From Octopus bimaculoides (lineage: Eukaryota), in contig NC_068986.1 in assembly GCF_001194135.2 (NCBI RefSeq), positions 86,170,988 through 86,234,987 on the forward strand: a stretch of DNA of 64,000 nt, written 5' to 3'. The translations under genes and the position numbers were made by a program. The notes beneath the pieces were generated by a model. That model ran no database searches. It was given only the letters and a program-made list of their open reading frames with translations, and was not told the DNA's origin. This document shows positions 62,950 through 64,000 of this stretch, one piece after another (the first letter of the stretch is position 1; each line of letters begins with the position of its first letter).

Positions 62950-63165
62950 CTTCCGGTCATTTCAAAATGTAACCAGGTGTGTATCATTGTCGATTTTCTT
63001 CCTCCGTCTTCCATTCTTTTGATCTTTCCTCTATTTCTGAAGAAGAGCTTTGCTCGAAGTGTAAAATCCTCTTTCTTTCCTATCCTGAGCGTCAGTACTT
63101 GTACCACCTCCTCGCGTTGTTGTGGTTTTTTGTTGTTTTTTCTTGCTTGTTCATGTTTGGATAGA
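62950..63165 (+). mobile_element. Penelope-like terminal repeat remnant with decayed hammerhead motif
   Basis: ATTT-CTGAAGA-A-GAG-CTTTG-CTC-GAAGT-GTA-AAAT at 63033-63067. Confidence 0.55.
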
Positions 63166-63182
63166 CTATATATATATATACA

Positions 63183-63672
63183 TACAGGGTTGGACGAAAT
63201 AATGGAAACACCTAGCATCTTAGCATCATAATTTTGAAATGTCTATAAAACCGCCAAAAGCTTGTTTATTTTATGTTTCTTGATTTATTTCTAGTATTGC
63301 TTAATATGTTTTGCTAAAATTGCTGTTTCTTTTCAGATATCAGAAAAGGGTAATTAAAATTCATTAAAATGATAGATCTATCGGACTTTCAAAGAGGTTA
63401 AATTGTTGGTGCTCGTATGGCAGGCGCTAGTGTAACAAAACAGCCGAAATGTTTGGTTTAACAAGAAGTACTGTTTGGTGTATCAGAAGTACTGTTTGGT
63501 GTATCATAAAGTACTGTCAGCTTTTGAGAAAGACGGAAAAGCCTCCTTGCCGAAACAAAACTCTAGAAGAAAACCAAAACACTGAGATGGGGACTGTAGG
63601 ACTCTTACGCAAATTGTTAGAAAGGATCACAAAAGTACAGCTCCCAAATTACTACTGAGCTTAATGACCACC
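63183..63672 (+). mobile_element. Tc1-like transposon 5' end (TIR plus transposase N-terminus), truncated
   Basis: Begins TA|CAGGGTTGGACGAAATAATGGAAACACC; MIDLSDFQRG*IVGARMAGASVTK..AEMFG..RSTV..AFEKDGK..IVRKDHKSTAPK; internal 21-bp tandem duplication AGAAGTACTGTTTGGTGTATC. Confidence 0.88.
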
Positions 63673-64000
63673 GCGTGTGTGATTGTCAGTATGCATGCGT
63701 GTGGGCAGATGCGTAACTGTAAACAAATTCAAGTGTTTTTTAAAAACATCTCGATACTTAGCACCCATATTAATATCCATGTGCCAGGAGGCACATTCGC
63801 CTACTGATACACATAATGTATATATATATTTGAAGGTTTGGAGGTGATGTACAGAAATTATATAGAAAAAAATTAATTAAGGTACTCAGAAACCTGGATG
63901 TTTGTACAGTTACAGATTTTTATTAATGTCACATATTAAATGAAGCGCTTTTCACCTAGTCGTGTAGGTTTTTCAAATTGTTCATATATATATATATATA

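Noticed and set aside
1-64000. CRISPR arrays, operons or prokaryotic defence systems
   Set aside because: No repeat-spacer arrays or dense gene content; the DNA is eukaryotic and repeat-rich.

Overview
AT-rich, repeat-dense eukaryotic non-coding DNA with 21 N-gaps (~10 kb, mostly bordered by (TA)n/(CA)n arrays). The SINE, LINE and transposon families resemble those of Octopus (inferred from recalled repeat sequences, not a database hit). There is no complete gene, rRNA, true tRNA or CRISPR array. Nearly all long ORFs in the track are artefacts of N-runs or microsatellites. Supported content: ~25 tRNA-derived SINE copies from five families; four decayed Tc1/mariner elements; R4/Dong-, Hero- and CR1/L2-type LINE fragments; a Penelope-like RT fragment with YIDD; four foldback elements; and one convincing orphan 111-nt minus-strand coding exon (30730-30840), so the window may lie inside a large-intron gene. 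Most notable: at least six dispersed type I hammerhead-ribozyme-like motifs (best at 48294-48353 and 49316-49401; one inside a 203-bp tandem, retrozyme-like unit), a 400-bp palindrome whose arms are divergent tRNA-like Pol III promoters, and adjacent inverted SINEs able to form long dsRNA.
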